DNA of 64,000 nucleotides. Origin: a virus. This document shows positions 22,001 to 34,000 of the stretch, piece after piece. Within the stretch, counting starts at the first letter, position 1; the number at the start of each line of letters is the position of its first letter. The notes beneath the pieces were generated by a model, which saw nothing but the letters and a program-made list of their open reading frames with translations, made no database searches and was not told where the DNA came from. The position numbers were made by a program, and so were the translations under genes. The stretch lies in the IMG/VR virus record IMGVR_UViG_3300012936_000008, positions 8,574 through 72,573 of that record; one strand, 5' to 3'.

Positions 22001-25000
22001 CAGGATGATGGACAGAGATCTCAGCGTTAGAGAAGTCAATGATCTCTTGACGGTTGAACTCGATCATACGACCAGCATCCTTCCATCTGTTGAGAGAATC
22101 GGTTACTGGGTTACCATATGTGACCTGAATAGAACGCAGGTCATCGCCCTGAGCAAGTGTGCCGCCTGTCAGACCGTCATACTCGATTTCAGTAGAACGT
22201 ACTTCTTCAAAGTCGAGGAAGTCAGAGTTGATACGGTTGGCAGAGTCAAGAATCTCAACGGGTGTGATAGTAGTCTTAGAAACGTCATCCAGAATAACGT
22301 TAGCGTTAGTCAAGGAGATCAGACGTTCAAAGATCATACCGAAGAAGGTAGAACCTTTGTTAATGACCAGAGTGTCAACCACGTCACCAACTCTTGCATC
22401 ACCAACAGTAGTTTCAGTCAGAGAGTCAAGGACTTCGTTGCCATTAGCATCATTGAAGTAACGTTGGATGGTCTCGTTAACAGAAGTAGGTTCGCCATCA
22501 TCAGGATCAAGGTTGGCATAGTCGAGGTTGAGATTCTTCTCACTCTTTCTCAAATAGTAGAGAACAGGGGGAGATGCTTCAAAGTCAATTCTGACAACTT
22601 CGCCACTTGCACCAGAAGTAAGACCTCTGAACTGATCACCCTCAACAAAAGTAGTCCACTCACCAGTAACATTAGAAGGACGCTCTAAGTTGATGCTAGT
22701 GATTGGATCTCTATAAGGAGAGATGTTAGTGATACGTGCAGCAATGTTAGATGCAGCAGAATAGATGATGTCATTCAGGAAGATCTTATATTGTCCAGTC
22801 TCATACTCAGCAGTACCAGAAGTCTTGGACAAGACGATCTTGTCAGAGACATTACCATCAAGGTCAAGGTTAGTTTCTTCAATAACAGCAGTGTCATTGT
22901 CAAGACTGGTTACAGTCTCACCAAACTCGAAGATAGTCTTGTAGTTGACACTATCAACATTGAGAATGTTTGCACCATAACCTGCATTGAAGAAGGTCAC
23001 ATCCTCACCACGATCAAAGTATCCGTTTGACATATCTGTCACTTGGATGCTCTGTTCAGTCAGATCGATAGAAGAGATAGTTGCTCTTGCACCAGTAGTT
23101 TGACCAATTACAATGTCGCCAATCAGAGGAGTATTGAAAGTACCACCGATGTTCTGCAAGAACAGTTTAGTGAAGGACTTATCAATAGAACCAATCAGTG
23201 CGCTGAATGCAGTTCTACCAACGTCAACACGTTCGTTCAGATCAAACTGACCACCAGAGATGTCAACAACATCGATACTAGTAGCACCAGTTGCAACAAC
23301 TCTTGCAGTTGCCTGAGAACTGAAACCGTTGATGGTGTCACCGATGGACGGGAAGATACCAGCAATAGTGTTGAGGTTCAGTCTGGTGATCGGCATGATG
23401 TCGAAACCGATGTTTCTGTAAACAACCTTAGAGTCGGGTCTAGGAGGTTCAGAGAATACAATCTGATTACCGACAACCTGATAGGAAGCACCAGGTGCCT
23501 GAATCACACCATTAAGAGTAATAAGGAGTTGATTATCCTTAACAATTACTTGTTCGCCTTCTACTTGGAGAGGGAACGCTTTCTTAACACCGTCAAACTG
23601 ATTGGAGATACTATCAATCTTCTTAACGATAGAAGTTAGAATTTCCTCAGAGTTGGTCAGTCTCTTCTTACGGAAGAGAACTTCGGAGTTGTTAAAGGTC
23701 GAGTAGATCGGTTGTGCAGCACCGAAGGAGGTAATCTCGTTGACGTTGGTGTACTCGTTGATGTTCACCTGCTTGGTGAAGTCAGCAGCAACCTTACGAC
23801 CAGAGATATCCTTACCACCAGTCAGTTCTAACTGACCGAACATGTTGAAACCAACAGGGTGGTTGTTCTGCAAGATCTGATTCTTCCATCTGTTGATGGG
23901 AATCTGAGACTTAATAACGTATGAGAAGTTCTGATAGAAGAAAGAGTCTTGGATCTTCTGAACAATCTCGGAAGGTTTACCAACGTCATCGGTGAATCTA
24001 CCAGCAGTTCTGGTGATAGCGTCGATGTTCAACACGCCCTTAGCAATGTTGATGTTGTCGATAATACCAGATGCACGAGAAACAACACCTTGTACCTTAC
24101 CACCAACAACAAAGTCGCCGTCAGGGTTAGTAACTTTCAGGATCTTAGGTTGAATCTGCCAACCATCGTTCTCAGAAACGATACCGAAAGCAGTTGCATT
24201 TTCGTATACTTCACCTTGGAATACTTCCTCACCTTCCAGGAATCTAGAAGTTTCGACCACAGCAGTTGCTTGACCACCGAACACCTCGGTAAGCAGCACC
24301 TGACGACCATCACCCTGAGTCAAGAAGGTAATAAAGTTACCAGACTCAGCGTCAACTGGGGTCAGTGCAAAACGCAGTTGGTCAGATTCAAGACCATTGA
24401 TATCACCTGCAATAGCGTAGTAAGTAGTCGTAGAAGACAGACTAGTCAAACCAACGCTACTGGGTTTCGGCAGGATACCAACTTGTGAACCAATAGCATC
24501 AGCACGGAACTGAACCTCAGCACCAGTGGTAATACCATGAGGGAAGTTGAACTGCAAGTAGTTCAAGTCAAGGTTCACAACATAGGTGAACTCAGATTTC
24601 AGAGTAACAACAGGTTGTGAAGAGTAACCAGCACCAGGATTCTTGATCAGAATCTCAGACAGTCTGTTGTTCTTAACAACTGCTTCTGCCTCAGCACCAG
24701 ATCCACCACCACCAGAGATAAGAACAGCAGGTGCAGAGGTGTAACCAGCACCAGGATTGGTGATAGTAATCTGTGAAAGGATAGAGGTATTAAAGAGTTG
24801 CAGGTTGATCGGGAATGCAATCTCAGGACGCAGGGTGTAGTCATGGGAGTAACCATAACCAAACTCGTTGTTTTTCAGAGTCTTGATCTTACCGATCTGT
24901 CTACCAGTGAGGAACACAGCAGCGCCAGTACCCTCAGCAGGGATCACAACCTCAATAGCACCACCAGAACCAGACAGTGTAGGTCCAAGGATGCCAGGAA

Positions 25001-28000
25001 TACCATCAATGTCGATAGTACCGAAAGTATATCCCTTACCAGGATCAGTCAGGGCAACATCACTGATAGCACCAGATCCAGTCTCGGCGTCAAGTTCAAT
25101 AGTGATATTACAGAGACCACCTTCACCATCGCCATCGATAGGAATCTGAGTGTATACACCAGGTGCATATTCAGTACCTTCGGCAGTAACACGAAGTTTT
25201 TCGATCTTACGGTCAGAAGAGATGTCTTGGATGACAGGCAGTTTCTTATAGAATCCACCAGGAGAAATCAACTTAATAGAGTTGATAGGACCGATTGCCT
25301 TGGTAGAAGTCGTTGAATAGATCGTATTCGGGACATCTTGGTCATCTAGACCGATTTCAGCGTTAGTGAACTCAGGTTCAGTCAGAAGTGGGAATCTAAA
25401 CTCGGTATCGCTAAGAACTTCGGTAATAGTGAATCTACCGTCGAATGGAGTCTTAATAACGTCAATGAAGGAGTTTGTGCCGACAGGAGACGTTTCACCA
25501 GTTCTAGACGGGTCAAAGTAGTAAGTAATGTTAGTAACTTCTCCACCAATCGTAAATTTGACCACAGGGGTCTCAGTGGCAGAAGAAAGTCCAGGAGTAC
25601 CTTCACGTTCGATAACGTTGAAGGAATATTCTAGTTTGAACTGATTATCTTGTGCAAACGACAGATAGTAACCGAAGTTAGAAACATCACTCAAATCAAA
25701 GATATAAGAGTGGTTTCTGACTAGCAGAAGCGTCGGGTGCTTCGATGCAATCTTCACACGAGAAATAGCGCCCTGCAAGAAGAGAGGATCGGCATCTGCC
25801 GTTGAACGCATTCTGTAAATGAAATCTCTGGAAGAGAATACCTCTTTTACGAAGAATGAACCGTTGAACTGATCAGTAGTAAATCCTTCGACAAACAGGA
25901 TGTCATTAACATTAAAGTTGTGTGGAGACAGTGCAGAACAGTAAATAAGGTCAGTTCTGTTCTCAGCAGTTCTGATAATGTCCTTATTAAGATTAACAGT
26001 CAGTCTGATAGAACTAACAGTGTTCAGACCAGCAACTTCTGCAATCTTGTCGTCAGTGTCCTCTTTGATGCCAGCAGTGATGCTATTACCCAAAGAAACC
26101 ACGTCACCAATAATAAAGTCAGATCCAGGATAAGTATTCAGGATTGTGACTCTATAATCCGACAAACTGAACGGACGGAAGGATGCATAGTTTTGGAGTG
26201 GATCATATGTACTAGTGTATGTCCATGTAACGGAATTATCAGTGGCAGTTCCCGTTGTATGTGTAGGAGCGACTGTACCACTAGTACCAGCAACTGTACA
26301 GGTATACTTGTTTCTTCCGAAGTATACAGTGTCGTTCAGTGAATAAGATCTAGTTTCTGCCCAAGGATCTGCATCAGTAGGAGTAGGCCAAGGATAATCA
26401 AGCAGATTAACTTCGATGTTAGGTGCAGCACTAATATACTGCCAGATAACACTACCATCAGTTACAGCACCGATCTCATGAGTTGGAGCAGTAGATCCAG
26501 AGGTTGCAGTGTTAGTTGCATAGTAGATCTTACCGTCAGACCAAACTTGCTCGTTTGTAGTGTATGCTTTGCTTGCTTCCCATGCTGGTTGACTACGAGT
26601 TACATCGAATGAAATTTCATCGATTCTATTCTCTTCACCGAGTTCATTTTGGAACTTATTAGTATTATTGAAGTTTCCATAGATCTTACCAACCTTATAG
26701 GTGGTTCCAAGACCAGGATTGTCAATACTACCAACAGGAACCTCAACAATAGTACCGTATGCTTGTACAACACCGATATTGTTTACCTGCTGGATAATCG
26801 ATCCTTTTTCAAACTTAATATCCTGGTTGAAGACGAATTCCTTAACAGCATCGATCTTCTGATAACCAGCATCTCTGAGATAGTATTTTGGCAGTACAAC
26901 AGGTTCGATGATCAACTTTCTACCCAGAGGAGTAGGAATTGTTGATGTCTTAGTAGAATAGGTGTATCTGTCCTGAACAAAGGTATAAGTACCAGGTGCA
27001 AGAGTCGAGATTACATCAGAGTAGTCAAGAATCTGTAAACCAGAGGAACCGACCGACCAGACAGTAATAACAGGGTTGGAGAGGTTATTAACGTTAATAC
27101 CACCACTACCAGAGTCAATATCTTCTAGACGCAGGTTCTCGCCGCTTCTAGCACTGCTAGACGGGGTATATGTACCTCTCTTAGAGTGCAGACGGTCAAA
27201 CTTGATCAGTTCGATGTCACTATCAGTTGTAGTGATTCTGTACTGCTCAGTAGGCACTTGGAGGGATGCACCAGTGTAAACTGCCTTAGGATCAACAACC
27301 AGATCGTCGATATTGCCTAAGAAGGTGTTACCAATCAGAGGACCACTCTGAGAAGCACCAACAGTAAGGTCATTCATCACAACATCGTTGACAGTGATCG
27401 CAGTAGCGACTTGAACACCATCAAAGTAGCAAGAGTAGACATATGAACCCAAAGTGGGTTCTTCCTTCACCAGAGCAATGTGATGCCACTGACTATCGGA
27501 CATAGCAGTCCAATAGGTAGAACCAACAGACCAAACAGTCGTAGAACCGCCACTGACGGGGTTAATCTCCAAAGCAACCTTACCAAAGTTGCCATCATTG
27601 GAATCACCTTGGATAACGAACTGAACATCAGCACCAGCATCGTCAACCGCCGTAATCATGTTGATACGGGGGTTATTAGCGGTATGAGTCGATTCCATAC
27701 GGACCCACATGACAACAGTCCAGTCATCATTGAGATTTAAGTCCTGCCAGACAAGACTATTGGTATCTTGGAATTTAAGGGACCTAGAACCGAACTTATA
27801 TTGAGTATTATCGGATGCAATCTGTCCAGCGTTGAATACAGTGATAGAAGCAGCAAGATCTTGCTTCGTAGCATCAGCAGTAAGGTTTACTTCGTCCTCA
27901 AAGCGATGTACGACGGTCTGATCAGGATTCTGGACCAAAGTTGGGATAAGGATGTCACCAGAGTTGTCAACAGCGTGAGTATTGGTAAAGAAACCAACAT

Positions 28001-31000
28001 CAGTAGCAGTTTTCCAAATATCGGTCTGATTCAGCAGTGTTCCATCATATTTGAAGCTGGCAATGTTACCAGTCAGTTCATTGTCACTATATTTGATCTC
28101 AGTAACGACATTTACGTTACCAAACACATCGGTAGTGATACCAGAGTGTTTGATGCTCTCAAAAGTGACAGTAGGTGCCATGATCTTGGCAAATTGCCAT
28201 TCAGGAGCAGCAGCAGTCAGTTTAATCTGATCCATTGCAATCTTGAAGAATGCAACACCATAGTTCTTGGTGCCATTCCACATATCACACACAAAGAACA
28301 GATCATTGTACTCATCGAGCACAAACTGTGGTCTTTGTACACTACCACCACTGACAGCAAGACGTTTTACATAAGTGAGTTCGATATTAGCGCCATCGTA
28401 CTCCATCTCACCAAAGATGAGGTCTTCGTTGTCTCCATCGATGCCACAGAAGATAACTTTGTTGTCTCCGATGTAATGCAGTTGATGCATCTGCTCACCT
28501 TCGGAGTTAGAAGCGAACTTACGCTTCTCAATTACATCACCGAAGTTATTGAGTTGCATAACCCAGATATCATCGGGGTCAGGGGAGTTAGTGTCCGTCC
28601 AACCACAAATATAGATCCTTTGCTCGTCGTCAAGGTGGATATCGCCAGCATAGTCACGGCGAGTTGAACCAGACACACCAGCAATCTCTTTCTGCCATCT
28701 CAGGATGCCCTCAGGGTTGTTAGCGTTGTCTAAACCAGACTCATACTTAGCAACTAGGATGTCAGGGTTATATCCAGAGGTTCCTTGGGATTCAGTCTCA
28801 CCGATCAGGTAGATAAGAGTGTTCTCTTCGCTAGTCTCGTCGAGATACATCTTCTTCCAACGTGCTTGCTTGATAGAAGCACTAGGAAGCAAAGATCTGT
28901 CCCAAATAACACTACCGAGATCATTGAACTTAGCAACGAATGCAGAACTGTCACCATTACTCTGTACCAGTTCACCACAGATGTATAGTTCACGTTCAGC
29001 AGTTACTGCTGAGTCATGAATCTTAAATTTACCACCTTGTGCCGTCTCTTTGAACAAAGTGGACCAATAGTATGTCTTCTTAAATCTTTGAGGATGTGAA
29101 ACTCTGATCTGAGGGGGTTCATCAACAGAATAGTTGAAACCAGAGTTAATAATGTTAACAGCACCGATCTTACCAGTGGTTACATCAAGGTCGATATCAA
29201 GTTCAACGTCCTGACCCTGAGGAGAGATAATCTCATAAGAGGGAGGGATTGCTTCGTTGTAACCGATACCAGACTGAACGATATTAATCGAATCAATGCC
29301 TGTAACAACAGACATGTAGAATCTCTTATTGGTATTCTCAGTAATAACCCTAGAATTAACGATCACTTCATCCTGAGCGATCAGTTCATGGTCTACTGTT
29401 GTAGTGATTCTACCGTAAGGAATATCATTGATAACTTCTTTTCTGTACTGAGCAATACCTGCACCTTGTACAGACTCAACTTGTGCAGAAGCACCAAAAC
29501 CATCGGTTCCAGTATTATCGAAGAATAGAGTATCGTTGACCTGATAGGATACACCAGGGTTCTCAATAACAAATCCATCGATCTGAGCATTCTCAAACTT
29601 CGTGGTTGTTTCAACTTCGATGTCCACTCTGGACTCAGTTGAGACTCTTGGGAAGTAATCATAAATCTGCAATGCCGCTTCTTCGGTCATTACTTGGTTC
29701 GTTGCAATCTCATTAGGAGAGATGATACCGTCACCATCAATATCCTCAGTTTCAAAGAGGATCAGGTCGCCTTCTCGCTCAGTAACGAGTTGGTCGGACT
29801 GTTGGTTAGGTTGACGATCAATATCAATGTCAACTTCATCATAGGGATCTCTGAAACGAGAAACATCAGCAGGAATGTTTTCCTGGGTTGCTTGCTGACT
29901 CAGGTTCCAGGTATCAACCACAGAGTTGAACTGAGGTCCAATGATATAAGGGAATACAGGCAGACCTGCTTCCGATGCATCAATAGTAATAAAGTAGGCA
30001 TAGATGCCATCAGGGAACTCAGGAGTCTTACAGAAACGACCATTGTAAGGATCCAGGTCGCCCTGTTGGAATGCATACTCATAGTCATCCACAAACTCAC
30101 CAGGTGGATATGTGGTCAGAGAAGGACCATCAATACGAGCAGGAGTAGGATTAGTGTCGATATCATATACAACGTTTGCTTTCAGTCTGTAAGAAGAACG
30201 CATTCTTCTGATACCACCACTCTGGTCGGTAGGATCGATGTAACCATAAGGTCCATAGATCGGACTTCCATCAAATGCCCAACCAAGAATAGGAGAGTGG
30301 GTGATAGCAGCACCAGTCTCGGTGCCTTCTTCCTTAAAGGTATTAGTCTCGGGGTCGAGGATTACGTTATCACCAACCACATAGCGCAGTTCTTTGGGGT
30401 CGGAAACGTGAGCATACTCACCACCATACTGGTTATTGAAACCAGTGAAGACATAACCACGAGCAATATCATACTTGCTGTTCAGTCCATATTCTAGGTT
30501 CTTGTTCCACTCGAACACAGATGCTTCAAATTTAGCATTCATACCAACTGCTTCAAGTCTAACAGTGGTATTACCTTGGGTATATCCAACACCTCTGTTA
30601 GTAATCTGCACAGAGATGACCTTACCCTTATCTTCACCGAGGGTGCCGATAACAGCAGTTGCCTGAGCACCGAAACCATCACCATTAATGTAAATCGTGG
30701 GGGCAGTTGTATACCCCTCACCGCTATTAATAATAGCGATAGAAACCAAACGACCATTAATAACGATAGGTTGTGCCAGAGCACCTTCACCAGAGTTCAG
30801 TTTGATAGTAGGAGTTGATGTATAACCACTACCTCTGTTAGAAAGAACAACACCAGAGATAGGACCACGTACTTGTGCAGTAGCAAGAGCACCAGCACCG
30901 CCACCACCAGTGATAGAGATAGTAGGTTGAGAAGTATAACCAGTACCAGGGTTACCAACCAGAACACGAGTTACACGACCGTTGGTAACAACTGCCTGTG

Positions 31001-34000
31001 CAGTTGCACCAGATCCACCACCACCAACGATAGAGATCAGAGGTTGATCAGTATATCCACTACCTTCGTTAGTAACATCAACACTAGAAAGTGAACCGTT
31101 AACGATTACAGATGCAGCAGCACCGCTACCGCCGCCACCAGAAATTTCAAGTGCAGGTTTGCTACCAGCATCATAGTCCTCACCAGATTCCAGAATCTCA
31201 ATGCCAGTGATAGGTCCAAAGGTAACAAACTCCTGATCTTTATATCCCCATGCAGATACACCGTTAACCCATGCACCAATAGGAGTATTGGGTGCAACTG
31301 TGGTTCTTGTAGATACAGTCTCAACTCTCCTAGGGAATCTCAGCAGTTTACGCTGGTTACCTGGGATAAGTGCAGATCCAACGAAAGGACCAACCTTATA
31401 GTTGGGCAGACCAGAAGCAGCAACGTAAACGTAGTCGTTATTGAAGAAAGAGTTCTGAATGTTAGAAGTAAACAGTGAGATTACTTCATCAATAGTAGTC
31501 TGAGTAGACTTACCTCTGTTCAGGTCCACAGACAACAGGATATTACCCTGAGGTTCAATATCAGTAGGAACAGGAATCAGATATGAGAAGGTAAACTCAT
31601 CCAAACGTGCAGTTACCTCAAAGGTGCCGTTATACACAGCAGGGTTTGCACCATAGATGGTAACAGTGTCCTCAACCAGCAAACCATGAGGGTTTTCGCA
31701 AGTTACAGTAGCAGTTCTGTTAAGACCACCAGGAATGATGCCTGAAACCTTAATAAGTTTCTTAACGTTGTACAACCAGGACTGCAAACGCTCATCTTCG
31801 TCAGTAGAACCCAATGCAGCAACATTTAACTTGTCACCAGGCAGATAATAGGAACCACTGTCTTCCAGAACGGTAGTACCTGCTTCTGCAATACCTAAAA
31901 TACGAAGTTTGACTTCTGTGCTCTGTCCACGGTTGGCATATACGAAAATATCGGAATGAATGGTCGTACCAGGATCCCAATCCTCTACAACACCGTTCTT
32001 AGAACGAGTACACTCAATAAACTGGTTCAGAGACTTCTCTTTATACTGAACAGTCTCAATATCGTCAATAATGATCGTACCGTTCTTCTCAGGCCATCCA
32101 ATAGTCGAGTCAACAGTAATAATACCTTCTGTTGTGCTCAGAGGTTCAACCAGAACGGTTTTATAAGGAATCTTGAACTCTCCGTTCAGAGTTTCTTCGG
32201 AAATAGCAAGTTCGTAGATAACATCAGTACCTTCGATGATCGAAATTACGTTTTCGATCAAAACTGATGCATCTTTGATATTTTGGTCAACAACATCAGC
32301 AGGTTGGATCAACTGAGCGTCAACCAAGTCCTGAGGATTACCAGAAATCAATTCTGCACGCAAAATGGTGTCAACAACCCAAGATGCAGCAGAAGGGGTG
32401 ATCATCTCATCCCTAGGATAGTAAACATCGATCTGTTCACCGAACAGAATCTTAAATAGGTATTGCGTCGCCTTCTTAGTACCCTTAGATACATAGAAGT
32501 CCTTGATTTTCTTGATAACCTTAACAGGGTTGACCTGAGAGTAGTCGATATCAATCGTAGGCATGTATTGACGACGGAACTTGTCAAATACCTGCGTGAT
32601 GATCATACTATCAAGGTTATGAACCACAGCATTCTCGCTATGACTCGATTGTGCCAGTTGTGTCTCGGCAGCAAAGATCTGGTTATGATAATCGTCGAAT
32701 GCAGCAACGTCAGAGACGCCACGAGCACAACCTTTCAGTGCAGAAGGTTCATATTTACGTCCAGAGGACAAAATAGTGAAACCAGTGACCTCACCGAAAC
32801 CTACATCACAAGATGCTTGGGAAGCAGCGGGTTCAGCAATGTAAACTTTGGGTGGTTCGGTATCAGAGTACCCAGTACCAAAGTTAATGATGTTAATATC
32901 GGTAATCTCACCGTTAAAGATGGTAGCAACTGCCTCAGCACCAGTACCACCGATTGATTCACCCAAAGGACCCTTACGGTCGTCAACAATATAGACAGAA
33001 GGAGCATCGGTGTAACCAGAACCACCTGTCAACAGGTTGATGTTAGTTACATTGCCGTTTGCAACGCTTACGTCCAGCACCTGTGCGCCCACAGGTTGAA
33101 TAATACGAGCACGGGGTGCAGAAGTATACCCTCTACCTCTATTATTGATGGTTACACTAACAACTTGTCCATCAGGTGACACAGAGCAGGATGCTGCTGC
33201 ATCAATACCATCTTCGGGAGCAGGATCAATGTAAATTGCAGGAGGATTGCTATAACCAACACCAGTAGCAGTGACTTGGATAGATCCAACAACCAAACGA
33301 CCCTCAGAGTCGATTACAGGATCGCTAATGTCTGCACCATTCGGGTTGATGAAGGTGATAGCAGGAATAAAGTCGTAACCAGAACCAGAGTTAGTGATTT
33401 CGATACCAGAGACCATGCCAGTCTCATCATCTACCTGAATTGTGGCAGATGCTTGTGATCCATTGATCAAATCAGACGGAGGAGTGATCTGAACAACAGG
33501 TGGGTTGTATGAAGTGTAACCCTGACCACCTCTGATCAACTGTGCATTCTTAATACCATTGACAAGAGTCCTACCAGCGGCAGCTTCACCGATACCAGTA
33601 GAAGAGAAGATAGAAAGTTTAGGTGCAAAGTTAAGTTCGTAACCTTTACCACCTTCCTTGACAATAATTCTATCAATCTCGCCGTTAGAACCAACTCTGG
33701 TAACTGCTTCCGCACCTTGACCAACAGTAGGTGACACATACTCGATAGAACGAATATGGAAGGTGTCTTGGTTGGAGATATTAACGAAGAATTTAATTCT
33801 AGTGTTGTTGTCCGTCAGAACATAGTCAATATATGGACGTTGAAGGACAGCATTCCTATTGATGATCAAACCGATCTCAGCAATAGGAGAATATGGCAGT
33901 GAGTCGTACTCCATAGTCATGGAGTCGCCACCAGAGAGATCTTCTACTGGTGGGATAACGAGTTCCTTAATAACAGAGTCGGCAAAACCAACATAGTAAA

